From: an uncultured Flavobacteriales bacterium
GTDB taxonomy: Bacteria > Bacteroidota > Bacteroidia > Flavobacteriales_D > JABDKJ01
Direction: 5' to 3'
NCBI GenBank assembly: GCA_964609215.1
Contig: CAZSQZ010000005.1
Coordinates: forward strand, 47,655 to 111,654
DNA length: 64,000 nt
Below are positions 18,600-27,012 of this stretch, in pieces. How positions within the stretch are numbered: the first letter of the stretch is position 1; every line of letters starts with the position of its first letter. The translations under genes and the position numbers were made by a program. The notes beneath the pieces are model-generated. The model was not told the origin of the DNA and did no database searches. It saw only the letters and a list, made by a program, of their open reading frames with translations.

Positions 18600-20622
18600 G
18601 TTTTTCCAGTATCGATTTTTTTGATTTTTAATTAAAGAGTAGATCCTATCCAAATGAACTTTATTCAGGAATAGGTATTATTCTAAAAAGATTTAGAAAG
18701 ATTAAGCTTTCCACTATTTTTCGTGCTTTACCCATTCCTGCTATAATCAGTAATACCAAAGAATTATCTCTATTTTTCGTAAATTGTATAACCAAACAAA
18801 TACCATGAAAAAAATTCTACTACTTTTCGCTCCTCTATTTGCTTGGTTCAACCAAGGTTTAGCTCAAATTCTTCCTTTTGTCGAAATGCCTGATTCTTTA
18901 AATTCTTTTATGGATTTGCCAGGTAATTTGAACCTTGAAATAGCTGATATAGACGATGATGGGCTGGACGATGTTTTATTATATAACGATGATTTTAGCT
19001 CCATCCATCAATTTAGAAGCCTGGGTAATTTTGAATTTGAGGAAATCGATCTCTCACAATCTTCACTTCAAGATGCCATATTCTTTAGCGAACAGTATTT
19101 TAATGATAGTATTGAAAATCTTAACTTTTTTGATGATCAAAAGATAATTTTTGCCGACATCGATAGTGATGGGGATACAGATCTTAGCGTAAGTGCTAGA
19201 GTGCATATACAAGATAAATATAGTTGTAGTTTCTATTATGACGAAAGACATTTTTTAAATTTCCAAAAGAACGGAGAAGTCTTAGAATTCAATTCATTGG
19301 TTGAGGAAACTTGTGAAGAGCAATTCAGAGAATATACGGATTGGGATGAAGATGGTGATCTGGATAAGTTGACTACAAACTGTGATTATTCCTGCAAATA
19401 TCCTTGGTTAACATTAATGTTATTTGAGGAAACTAGCCAAACTTTTGAATCAGGATCCTTTGTTCTCAGTCTTGAAGAAGAGAATTTCCATGCTCACGAT
19501 GTAAATGGAGATGGTTATGAAGATATCATAACCATAGAAAGTTCAAGAATAAAGTTGGGGCCAGAAGAATTTAGTGAGCCAATTCCTAGCACTTTTCCTT
19601 TAAATTTTCAGAATTCTGCTTACCGAAAAGACTTTGGAGACTTTAATAATGATGAAAATCAGGAATATTTGGTATACGATGACCAAACCGGTAAATGGCG
19701 ATTGTTTTCACAAAACTGTGACCTTGTAATCCCAGGAACATCCTGTTTTGATGGATTAGATTGTACTTTAGATGATGTTTGGAATGAAAACTGTAGCTGT
19801 GTGGGTACCCCTACAGCTGGAATTCCTTGTGATGATGGACAAGATTGCAGTATTGATGATCAATACGATGAAAATTGCAATTGTATTGGCACAGTAATGG
19901 ATGCGGACAATGATGGGGTCTGTGATAGCGAAGACCAAACAAATGGTGACTGCGAACTTAACGATACTTGTGATGATGGTGATGATATCACCATTTTTGA
20001 TCAACTAAATGAAAATTGTGAATGTGTTGGCACTCCTTGTATTGGATTACCTTGCGATGATGGTCAGGGTTGCACCATTGATGATCAATTTGATAGCGAC
20101 TGCAATTGTATTGGAACCCTAACTGGGGATAGTGATATGGATGGAATATGCGATGGCGCAGATCAAACCAATGGAGATTGCACACTAGGTGAACCCTGTG
20201 AGGACAATGATGAATGTACCACAAATGAATTTATTGATGAAAACTGTGAATGTAATATTGGATTCGTTTTTCCAGATGCAGATGAGGATGGTGTTTGCGA
20301 TCAATTTGATCAATGTCCGGGTCTTGATGATAATCTTGATGCTGATAATGATGGAACTCCAGACTGTCTTGAAACCGTTGGCTTAGAAGAGATTTTAGAG
20401 AGCCAAGTCAATATCTTTCCCAATCCCAGTTCAGGAGAATTGTTTATTGAAACAGAACTAAAGATTTCTCAGGTCAAGATGTACAATGCAATAGGAGAAG
20501 AAATGCCCATCTTTTATACGCAAAATAAAAACCTTGACTTGAGTTATTATTCCAGTGGTTTGTATCTTATAGAGTTGCATTCTGAAAGAGGCATTATTCA
20601 TAAAAAGGTATTTAAGAATTGA
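18360..20622 (+). repeat. Segmental direct repeat, copy A (~2.26 kb)
   Basis: Alignable by eye with 24608..26873: last ~78 codons of the 166-aa gene, the intergenic region (including an identical 35-nt block at 18674-18708 / 24923-24957), and the whole 605-aa cargo gene. Confidence 0.85.
18805..20622 (+). CDS. T9SS type-A cargo: FG-GAP/VCBS-like repeats plus Cys-rich CDDGxDC modules plus thrombospondin-type-3-like Ca-binding repeats
   Basis: Start at ATG 18805 (MKKILLLFAPLFAWFNQGLAQ). DIDDDGLDD and DIDSDGDTD loops, repeated PCDDGQDCSIDDQYDENCNCIGT modules, and DADNDGVCD / DSDMDGICD / DADEDGVCDQFDQCPG. C-terminus NIFPNPSSGELFIE...GLYLIELH. Confidence 0.75.
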   Translation: MKKILLLFAPLFAWFNQGLAQILPFVEMPDSLNSFMDLPGNLNLEIADIDDDGLDDVLLYNDDFSSIHQFRSLGNFEFEEIDLSQSSLQDAIFFSEQYFNDSIENLNFFDDQKIIFADIDSDGDTDLSVSARVHIQDKYSCSFYYDERHFLNFQKNGEVLEFNSLVEETCEEQFREYTDWDEDGDLDKLTTNCDYSCKYPWLTLMLFEETSQTFESGSFVLSLEEENFHAHDVNGDGYEDIITIESSRIKLGPEEFSEPIPSTFPLNFQNSAYRKDFGDFNNDENQEYLVYDDQTGKWRLFSQNCDLVIPGTSCFDGLDCTLDDVWNENCSCVGTPTAGIPCDDGQDCSIDDQYDENCNCIGTVMDADNDGVCDSEDQTNGDCELNDTCDDGDDITIFDQLNENCECVGTPCIGLPCDDGQGCTIDDQFDSDCNCIGTLTGDSDMDGICDGADQTNGDCTLGEPCEDNDECTTNEFIDENCECNIGFVFPDADEDGVCDQFDQCPGLDDNLDADNDGTPDCLETVGLEEILESQVNIFPNPSSGELFIETELKISQVKMYNAIGEEMPIFYTQNKNLDLSYYSSGLYLIELHSERGIIHKKVFKN

Positions 20623-20744
20623 TCATAATGTTTTCTACAACTTGACATCAACCCAGGATATATTATAGGAAACATAAGAATCATATCTGATTTTAGGCAT
20701 CTCTTTTATTTGAATATATGTTAAAATGTTATTATATTTGAAAA

Positions 20745-21056
20745 GTGAAAAGCACAAAACGAAATTTATCGGCAGAGAAACTTCAAAAAGTTGCTAAAAT
20801 TCTAAAGGCAATTGGACACCCAGTTAAGTTGGAAATTTTAGAAGTTTTGGAGAGTGAAGAGATGTTGGATGTCAGTACGATCTGTGAAAAGATTGGTACT
20901 GATTGTGAAATTTCTATGATGTCTCACCATTTAGCAAAAATGAAGGATAAGGGTATTCTAACTTCGGAAAAAAAAGGAAAACAGGTATTTTATAGAATTC
21001 TGGATAGGCAAATCCTTAACATTTTTGATTGTATGGAGGGCTGTGAATTAGTGTAA
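20745..21056 (+). CDS. ArsR/SmtB-family winged-helix transcriptional regulator (BigR/CstR-context type)
   Basis: KILKAIGHPVKLEILEVL...VSTICEKIGTDCEISMMSHHLAKMKDKGIL...GKQVFYRI. Apparent GTG start just downstream of a tatatttg (TAnnTTTG) box. Confidence 0.8.
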   Translation: MKSTKRNLSAEKLQKVAKILKAIGHPVKLEILEVLESEEMLDVSTICEKIGTDCEISMMSHHLAKMKDKGILTSEKKGKQVFYRILDRQILNIFDCMEGCELV

Positions 21057-21108
21057 AAAAATTTATACCAACAATTGATTAATTTAACAAATGTTTGAAT
21101 AATAAAGT

Positions 21109-21906
21109 ATGGAACTGATAGGATATTTCATGGCCTTGCTAATTGGTATTTCTCTTGGATTGATAGGAGGAGGAGGTTCTATTCTGGCAGTACCCGTTCT
21201 GGCATACTTGTTTTCTTTAGATGAAAAGGTAGCCACAGCCTATTCCTTATTTATTGTTGGAGTTGCTTCACTCGTTGGTGGCATAAGACAAAACCGAAAT
21301 AAAAATGTTGATTGGCGAACAGCAATTGTATTTGGCATACCGGCAATAATTAGTGTTTGGATAGTTAGACACTATGTGATTCCTGTCTTACCAGATATAC
21401 TGTTTAATCTTGGAAACTTTGAACTTACCAGAAGAATGGGAATGTTTGGTCTTTTCTCTTTACTTATGATATGGGCAGCTTGGTCAATGCTATCGAATAA
21501 AAAAAGAAAAGGTGGGACAGGTGAAGTGAAATATAATTATTCATTAATCTTACTTGAAGGTCTTATTGTAGGTGCAATTACAGGATTTGTAGGAGCTGGT
21601 GGTGGTTTCTTAATCATCCCTGCTCTGGTTGTATTGGCGAACTTAGAAATGAAGAAAGCTATCGGAACTTCTTTGATTATTATAGCCTTTAAATCAATTC
21701 TTGGTTTTCTTCTTGGTGATGCATTAACAACAACAATAGATTGGAATTTTTTACTTGGCTTTTCAGCCATAACCATAGTTGGAATTTTTCTTGGAGTTTA
21801 TATAGGAAAATTTATCGATGGAAAATTACTTAAAAAGGGCTTTGGCAGCTTCATTATCCTGATGGCCGTGTTCATTTTTATAATGGAATTTGTAATAAAA
21901 CCCTAA
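21109..21906 (+). CDS. Sulfite exporter TauE/SafE family permease
   Basis: GLIGGGGSILAVP and GFVGAGGGFLIIPALV duplicated motifs with about 8 TM helices. Confidence 0.85.
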   Translation: MELIGYFMALLIGISLGLIGGGGSILAVPVLAYLFSLDEKVATAYSLFIVGVASLVGGIRQNRNKNVDWRTAIVFGIPAIISVWIVRHYVIPVLPDILFNLGNFELTRRMGMFGLFSLLMIWAAWSMLSNKKRKGGTGEVKYNYSLILLEGLIVGAITGFVGAGGGFLIIPALVVLANLEMKKAIGTSLIIIAFKSILGFLLGDALTTTIDWNFLLGFSAITIVGIFLGVYIGKFIDGKLLKKGFGSFIILMAVFIFIMEFVIKP

Positions 21907-21915
21907 CTAATAATA

Positions 21916-23337
21916 ATGCAATTAAAAATGAAAATAGAACAAATTTATACGGGTTGTTTAGCCCAGGGCGCTTACTACATTCACAGCAATGGAGAAGCTG
22001 CAATTATTGACCCTCTCAGAGAGGTGTCACCTTATATAGAAAGAGCAGAGAAAGACGGTGTAAAGATCAAATATATTTTCGAAACCCATTTTCATGCGGA
22101 TTTTGTGAGCGGCCACCTAACTCTTTCCGAAAAGACAGGTGCTCCGATTATTTACGGCCCAAATGCTAATCCACTCTATGAAGCACATATTGCAGAGGAC
22201 GGTGAGATTTTCCAATTGGGTAAAGTACAGATAAAAGTATTACATACACCTGGTCATACTTTGGAGAGTACAACTTATCTACTTCTTGATGAAGAAGGAA
22301 AAGAGCACAGTATTTTTACTGGAGACACTCTTTTTCTAGGTGACGTTGGTAGACCAGATTTGGCACAGAAGGTAGATACGATCACTATGGAAGACTTAGC
22401 CGCTTTATCTTATGATAGTTTGAGGAATAAAATTATGCCACTACCAGAAGATGTGATGGTTTATCCCGCTCATGGGGCAGGTTCGGCCTGTGGTAAGAAC
22501 ATGATGAAAGAAACGTTCGACACTTTGGGTAATCAAAAGAAAATGAACTATGCACTAAGAGCGGATATGACAAAAGAAGAATTTATTACAGAAGTGACCG
22601 AAGGATTGTCCGATCCACCTGCCTACTTTCCTATGAACGTGAAAATGAATAAGGAAGGATACGAGTCAATAGATCAGGTATTGTCTAAAAGTCTAAAAAA
22701 AATATCTCCTAAAGATTTTGAAGCCATTGCAAATAATACCGATGCTCTGATGTTGGACCTGCGAGGACCGCAGGAATTTGCAAAAGAACATATCCCTAAC
22801 AGTATTTTTATTGGTTTAGATGGAAATTTCGCTCCATGGGTAGGAGAACTCATTGTGGATGTTAAACAGCCCATAATACTAATCGTACCTAAAGGTCGAG
22901 AAGAAGAAGCAGTAACCCGTCTTTCCAGAGTTGGTTTTGACAATACCTTAGGTTATTTAGATGGAGGTATTGCGGCTTGGAGAACTGAGGGGAAAGAATT
23001 AGAAACTGTAATATCCGTTCCAGCAAATGAACTGGAAGAAGCACATGTCCAAAACAATGAAAGAATTTATGATGTTAGGAAAAACTCTGAATACAGCTCT
23101 CAGCATATAAAGGGAGCACATAATATCCCACTTTCGGAGATAAATAATTATTTAGATGCAATTCCCAAAGAGGGAAATTTTTATGTGCACTGTGCTGGAG
23201 GATATCGTTCAATGATTTTTTCATCTATTCTTAAGTCTAGAGGTTATCATAATATGATAGATGTCCAAGGTGGCTTTAAAGCTATTTCAGAAACAAACAT
23301 TCCAATAACGGACTATGTATGTCCAACAACACTTTAG
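21916..23337 (+). CDS. Metallo-beta-lactamase-fold protein fused to two rhodanese domains (persulfide-dioxygenase/sulfurtransferase-type fusion)
   Basis: N-terminal MBL fold with ETHFHADFVSGH and HTPGHT. The first rhodanese module lacks an active-site Cys (ILIVPKGREEE). The second has the catalytic loop HCAGGYRS. The true start may be ATG 21928 (MKIEQIY). Confidence 0.85.
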   Translation: MQLKMKIEQIYTGCLAQGAYYIHSNGEAAIIDPLREVSPYIERAEKDGVKIKYIFETHFHADFVSGHLTLSEKTGAPIIYGPNANPLYEAHIAEDGEIFQLGKVQIKVLHTPGHTLESTTYLLLDEEGKEHSIFTGDTLFLGDVGRPDLAQKVDTITMEDLAALSYDSLRNKIMPLPEDVMVYPAHGAGSACGKNMMKETFDTLGNQKKMNYALRADMTKEEFITEVTEGLSDPPAYFPMNVKMNKEGYESIDQVLSKSLKKISPKDFEAIANNTDALMLDLRGPQEFAKEHIPNSIFIGLDGNFAPWVGELIVDVKQPIILIVPKGREEEAVTRLSRVGFDNTLGYLDGGIAAWRTEGKELETVISVPANELEEAHVQNNERIYDVRKNSEYSSQHIKGAHNIPLSEINNYLDAIPKEGNFYVHCAGGYRSMIFSSILKSRGYHNMIDVQGGFKAISETNIPITDYVCPTTL

Positions 23338-23343
23338 TTTAAA

Positions 23344-23901
23344 ATGATAGAATTATTAAGTAATCCCTGGCCCTGGTATATCTCAGGGCCGCTCATTTCA
23401 GTCACTATGTTTTTGCTTCTATGGGTGGGAGGAAATTTAGGTATTAGTTCCACCTTAAGAACTATCTGTTCTATATCGGGAGCAGGAAAAAGAAATAGCT
23501 TCTTTGACTTTGATTGGAAAAGTCAAAAATGGAATTTAGTTTTCGCTCTAGGAGTTGCTCTTGGAGGAGGAGTAGCATCAACCCTGTTATCAAATCCAGA
23601 ACCTTTAATCTTAAGCAAAGCAACCATTGCTGAGCTATCTTTACTTAATATTTCATTCAATGGTGAATTGGCACCTGAAGAATTATTTTGTTGGGATAGC
23701 CTATTTACTTTAAAGGGTTTTACCATTTTGGTACTTGGTGGTTTTTTGGTCGGGTTTGGTTCTCGATGGGCTGGCGGTTGCACATCAGGACATGCGATTA
23801 GCGGATTGTCTAACCTACAATTACCTTCACTTATAGCCGTTATAGGGTTTTTCATTGGCGGTCTTATTATGACATTTTTAATTTTCCCATTTATATTCTA
23901 A
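23344..23901 (+). CDS. YeeE/YedE-family sulfur-compound transporter, half-size subunit
   Basis: Conserved RWAGGCTSGHAISG motif with 4-5 TM helices. Confidence 0.8.
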   Translation: MIELLSNPWPWYISGPLISVTMFLLLWVGGNLGISSTLRTICSISGAGKRNSFFDFDWKSQKWNLVFALGVALGGGVASTLLSNPEPLILSKATIAELSLLNISFNGELAPEELFCWDSLFTLKGFTILVLGGFLVGFGSRWAGGCTSGHAISGLSNLQLPSLIAVIGFFIGGLIMTFLIFPFIF

Positions 23902-23905
23902 GCAG

Positions 23906-24319
23906 ATGAAATATTTAAAATTTTTCTTAATAGGTATACTCTTTGGAATAGTATTAACCAAGTCAGAAGTTATCTCATGGTATCGAATTCAAGAGATGTT
24001 TCGGTTTCATTCCTTTCATATGTTTGGTGTCATTGGGTCAGCCATTGTTTTTGGGGCCTTATTGATTTATCTAATAAAGCGGAAAAACATGAAAACTTTT
24101 AAAGGAGATGACATCGAATTTAAAAGCAAGCAATTCTCCATTATCCGTTATCTTTTTGGAGGCACAATATTTGGCTTGGGCTGGGCTTTAAGTGGTGCAT
24201 GTCCTGGCCCTATGTACACTCTTGTCGGAAATGGATTTTTAGTTTTTTTAGTTGTAATTGCCAGCGCATTATTAGGAACATTTGTATATGGAATGCTAAG
24301 AGATAAACTTCCTCATTAA
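23906..24319 (+). CDS. YeeE/YedE-family (DUF6691-like) transporter, second half-size subunit
   Basis: GWALSGACPGPMY motif with 4 TM helices. It starts 4 nt after the previous gene. Confidence 0.75.
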   Translation: MKYLKFFLIGILFGIVLTKSEVISWYRIQEMFRFHSFHMFGVIGSAIVFGALLIYLIKRKNMKTFKGDDIEFKSKQFSIIRYLFGGTIFGLGWALSGACPGPMYTLVGNGFLVFLVVIASALLGTFVYGMLRDKLPH

Positions 24320-24449
24320 TCTTTTCTGCTTGAAGATTGCCTTTTCTTTAACAAAAGATTCTTCTCTACCAAACCCTTAAACTGAATTGTAACTCTATTT
24401 TATTGTGAATTATTGTCAATGATGAGTTGAAGAACGATAAATTTTTAAT

Positions 24450-24605
24450 CTAAAAATCAAGCAAATCCTTTGGACTAATTTCGAACGCACGAGCTAAAAA
24501 CGAAATAACAGAAATAGAAGGATTCACTTGTCCCTTTTCAATTCTTCTAATCTGAGAAGTTGAAATACCTGTTGAATAATATAACTCGTATTGAGATATT
24601 TTTTT
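24450..24605 (-). pseudogene. 5'-truncated XRE-family HTH gene remnant
   Basis: The minus strand reads KKISQYELYYSTGISTSQIRRIEKGQVNPSISVISFLARAFEISPKDLLDF*. There is no start codon, and an in-frame TGA (24606-24608) lies immediately upstream, exactly at the boundary of repeat copy B. Confidence 0.65.
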
Positions 24606-24610
24606 TCAAG

Positions 24611-24847
24611 CCTAATTTTCACAGTGCCCTAGATGTACGTTACGCAGAATCGGATGGTGTAATGTGGGTAGCTTTTATACATCCTCTAAAAGAGTTAAGC
24701 AAAGAACAGGTAGAAGATGCCATAAGACAGGTTTTTGCCGCCAATTTAACCTTTGGAACCACTTATACTAGCACCGATCTTGTTTTCCCGGCCCCAGGCA
24801 ATCAAGACGAAGAGGAGAAAGAAGAAGAGAATTTAGAACGTTCCTGA
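24611..24847 (+). pseudogene. 3' fragment (last ~78 codons) of a paralog of gene 18099..18599
   Basis: NFHSALDVRYAESDGVMWVAFIHPLKELSKEQVEDAIRQVFAANLTFGTTYTSTDLVFPAPGNQDEEEKEEENLERS* is nearly identical to the C-terminus of the 166-aa protein. The track ORF start (TTG 24560) falls inside the antisense HTH remnant and has no homology. Confidence 0.7.
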
Positions 24848-25055
24848 GTTTTTTGAGTATTAATCTTTTGATTTTCAATTTGAGAGTAGATATCCTATTC
24901 AACTGAGCTTCATTTAGGAAGAGGTATTATTCTAAAAAGATTTAGAAAGATTAAGCTATCCACTATTGTTCGCGCTGTATCCATTCCAGGTATAATGCGT
25001 AATACCAAAGAATCATCTCTTATTTTTTCGTAAATTGTTTAAACCAATCAATACC

Positions 25056-26873
25056 ATGAAAAAAATTCTTCTTCTTTTCACTTCTCTATTTGCCTGGTTT
25101 GGTCAAGGGATAGCTCAAATTATTCCTTTTATTGAAGTACCAGATTCTTTAAATCCTTTTATGGATTTGCCAGGTAATTTAAATCTAGAAATAGCTGATA
25201 TAGACTATGATGGGTTGGACGATGTTTTGTTGTACAGTGGTTTCAGCACTGTTCACCAATTTAAAAGTCTGGGTGATTTTGAATTTGAGGAAATTGACTT
25301 TTCTGATTCTGAACTGCAAAATTCAATAACCTTAGGTGAACAGTATTTTAATGATAGTTTACCGGGTATTGTAAGTACAGGAAGTAGAAGGATTCTTCTT
25401 GCTGATATAGATAGCGATGGCGATACCGATCTTCATATAAGTTCACAAGTATCTGATATCTATGGTTACAACAGTTGTGGTTTCTACTACAGCAGTGAAA
25501 GGATACATTTAAACTTTCTTAACAATGGAACAGGAGTCTTGGAATTCAATTCATTAATTGAACAAACCTGTAATGAGAGTGTCAGAGAGTTCACGGACTG
25601 GGATGAGGATGGAGACTTGGATTTGGTCAGTCATATAGCCAGTAAATATTATAACTCAACTAATTTATTACTATTTGATGATGTCAATCAAACTTTTGAA
25701 GCAGAACCAATTTCTTTCATAATTGATAACGCTAACTTTCACATTCATGACGTAAATGGCGATGGATTTGAAGATATTACAACTAGAGATAGTTTAAGAA
25801 TAAAATCTGGTGCGGGAGAATTTCATCAGCCAATATCCAATGTCTTTCCTCTAGATCTTCAATTTTTTGCATATAAGAAAGACTTTGGAGACATTGACAA
25901 TGATGGAAATCAGGAATATCTTGTTTATGATAGTCAAGCTGCAAAATGGCGATTTTTCACACAGAATTGTGCCTTTGCAATCCCAGAAACACCTTGTTAT
26001 GATGGAATGGCGTGTACAATAAATCAGGTATGGGACGAAAACTGCAATTGCATTGGTATTTTTATAGATGCCGATAATGATGGAATCTGCGATGATGAAG
26101 ATCAGACTAATGGTGACTGTATGCTTGGTGATAGCTGTGATGATGGAAATGACACCACTTTTTTTGATGAACTCGATGAAAATTGTGAATGCTTTGGAAC
26201 TCCTTGTATAGGATTGCCATGTGACGATGGAGAAGATTGTACAACAAACGATCAATATGATGAAAATTGTAATTGCATAGGAACTCCAACAGCTGGAATT
26301 GCATGCGATGATGGTGAGGATTGCACTATCAATGATCAATATGATGAGGATTGTAATTGCTCAGGAATCGAATCTGGAGATAGTGATATGGATGGAATCT
26401 GCGATGCGCAAGATCAAACCAATGGAGATTGCACACTTGGTGAACCCTGTGAAGACAATGATGAATGTACTGCAAATGAATTTCTAGATGAAAACTGTGA
26501 ATGTAATATTGGCTTCATTTTTCCAGATGCGGACGAAGATGGTGTTTGCGACCAATTTGATCAATGTCCTGGTCTAGATGATAATCTTGACGCTGATAAT
26601 GATGGAACTCCAGACTGTCTTGAGACGGTTGGTTTAGAAGAGATTTTAGAGAGCCAAGTCAATATCTTTCCCAATCCCAGTTCAGGTGAACTGTTTATTG
26701 AAACGGAACTAAAGATTTCTCAGGTTAAGATGTACAATGCAATAGGAGAAGAAATGCCCATTTTTTACACGCAAAACAACAACCTTGATTTGAGTTATTA
26801 TTCCAATGGTTTGTATCTTATAGAGTTGCATTCTGAAAAAGGACTAGTTCGTAAAAGAGTCTATAAAAACTAG
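25056..26873 (+). CDS. T9SS type-A cargo, paralog of 18805..20622 (FG-GAP plus Cys-rich plus TSP3-like repeats)
   Basis: Same length and architecture as the copy-A gene. N-terminus MKKILLLFTSLFAWFGQGIAQ. The C-terminal ~170 aa are almost identical to copy A. Confidence 0.75.
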   Translation: MKKILLLFTSLFAWFGQGIAQIIPFIEVPDSLNPFMDLPGNLNLEIADIDYDGLDDVLLYSGFSTVHQFKSLGDFEFEEIDFSDSELQNSITLGEQYFNDSLPGIVSTGSRRILLADIDSDGDTDLHISSQVSDIYGYNSCGFYYSSERIHLNFLNNGTGVLEFNSLIEQTCNESVREFTDWDEDGDLDLVSHIASKYYNSTNLLLFDDVNQTFEAEPISFIIDNANFHIHDVNGDGFEDITTRDSLRIKSGAGEFHQPISNVFPLDLQFFAYKKDFGDIDNDGNQEYLVYDSQAAKWRFFTQNCAFAIPETPCYDGMACTINQVWDENCNCIGIFIDADNDGICDDEDQTNGDCMLGDSCDDGNDTTFFDELDENCECFGTPCIGLPCDDGEDCTTNDQYDENCNCIGTPTAGIACDDGEDCTINDQYDEDCNCSGIESGDSDMDGICDAQDQTNGDCTLGEPCEDNDECTANEFLDENCECNIGFIFPDADEDGVCDQFDQCPGLDDNLDADNDGTPDCLETVGLEEILESQVNIFPNPSSGELFIETELKISQVKMYNAIGEEMPIFYTQNNNLDLSYYSNGLYLIELHSEKGLVRKRVYKN

Positions 26874-26890
26874 GGGAAATTTAATATCGG

Positions 26891-26995
26891 TCAGTCTCCC
26901 TTATCCAAATAATGCGTCAACTCAAAATCAAACAAATCTTTAGGATGATAGTCCAAGACGCGACAAATGAAAGATATATCTGTTCTTTTAACCAT
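26891..26995 (-). pseudogene. Short remnant homologous to the C-terminal part of the XRE-type HTH gene
   Basis: The minus strand reads MVKRTDISFICRVLDYHPKDLFDFELTHYLDKGD*. DISFICRVLDYHPKDLFDF aligns with VISFLARAFEISPKDLLDF of the 24450..24605 remnant. An in-frame TAG lies 2 codons upstream of its ATG. Confidence 0.45.
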
Positions 26996-27012
26996 AATCT
27001 ATAAGGGAGTTT

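Larger units (their letters stand above)
24608..26873 (+). repeat. Segmental direct repeat, copy B (~2.26 kb)
   Basis: See copy A. Homology begins at aagYctaattttcacagtgccctagatg and ends around the stop codon of the cargo gene. Confidence 0.85.

Noticed and set aside
20633-24434. Possible terminal inverted repeats of the sulfur cassette: ttctacaact (20633-20642) against agttgaagaa (24425-24434), matching at 9 of 10 positions.
   Set aside because: The repeat is short and imperfect and sits in AT-rich DNA. No transposase or integrase and no target-site duplication were found, so chance is a sufficient explanation unless a search finds the same ends elsewhere.
24560-24847. The track ORF presented as a 95-aa intact gene.
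   Set aside because: Only residues from 24611 onward are homologous to the 166-aa gene. The first 17 codons (from TTG 24560) overlap the antisense HTH remnant and look like chance read-in. I treat it as a 5'-truncated pseudogene.
3469-25055. Upstream extensions of track ORFs at 3469, 5608, 7783, 9249, 9928, 18784, 25035 and, elsewhere in the window, 51527 and 55735.
   Set aside because: In each case an internal ATG immediately precedes a canonical signal peptide or the conserved N-terminus, and the extension overlaps the preceding gene or lacks homology. The starts were moved accordingly.
25851-26339. A 162-aa minus-strand ORF, with similar antisense ORFs at 19768..20004, 19988..20224 and 26107..26304.
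   Set aside because: These lie antisense to the Asp/Cys-rich repeat region of the cargo genes. GAT/TGT/AAT-rich sense codons give stop-poor Ile/Ser/Thr-rich antisense frames, and there is no motif, signal or independent support.
18805-26873. A diversity-generating retroelement or invertase-driven phase variation as the cause of paralog divergence.
   Set aside because: The window has no reverse transcriptase, no template-repeat/variable-repeat pair with adenine-specific mismatches, no invertase, and no inverted repeats flanking a promoter. Homologous recombination or gene conversion is the simpler explanation.
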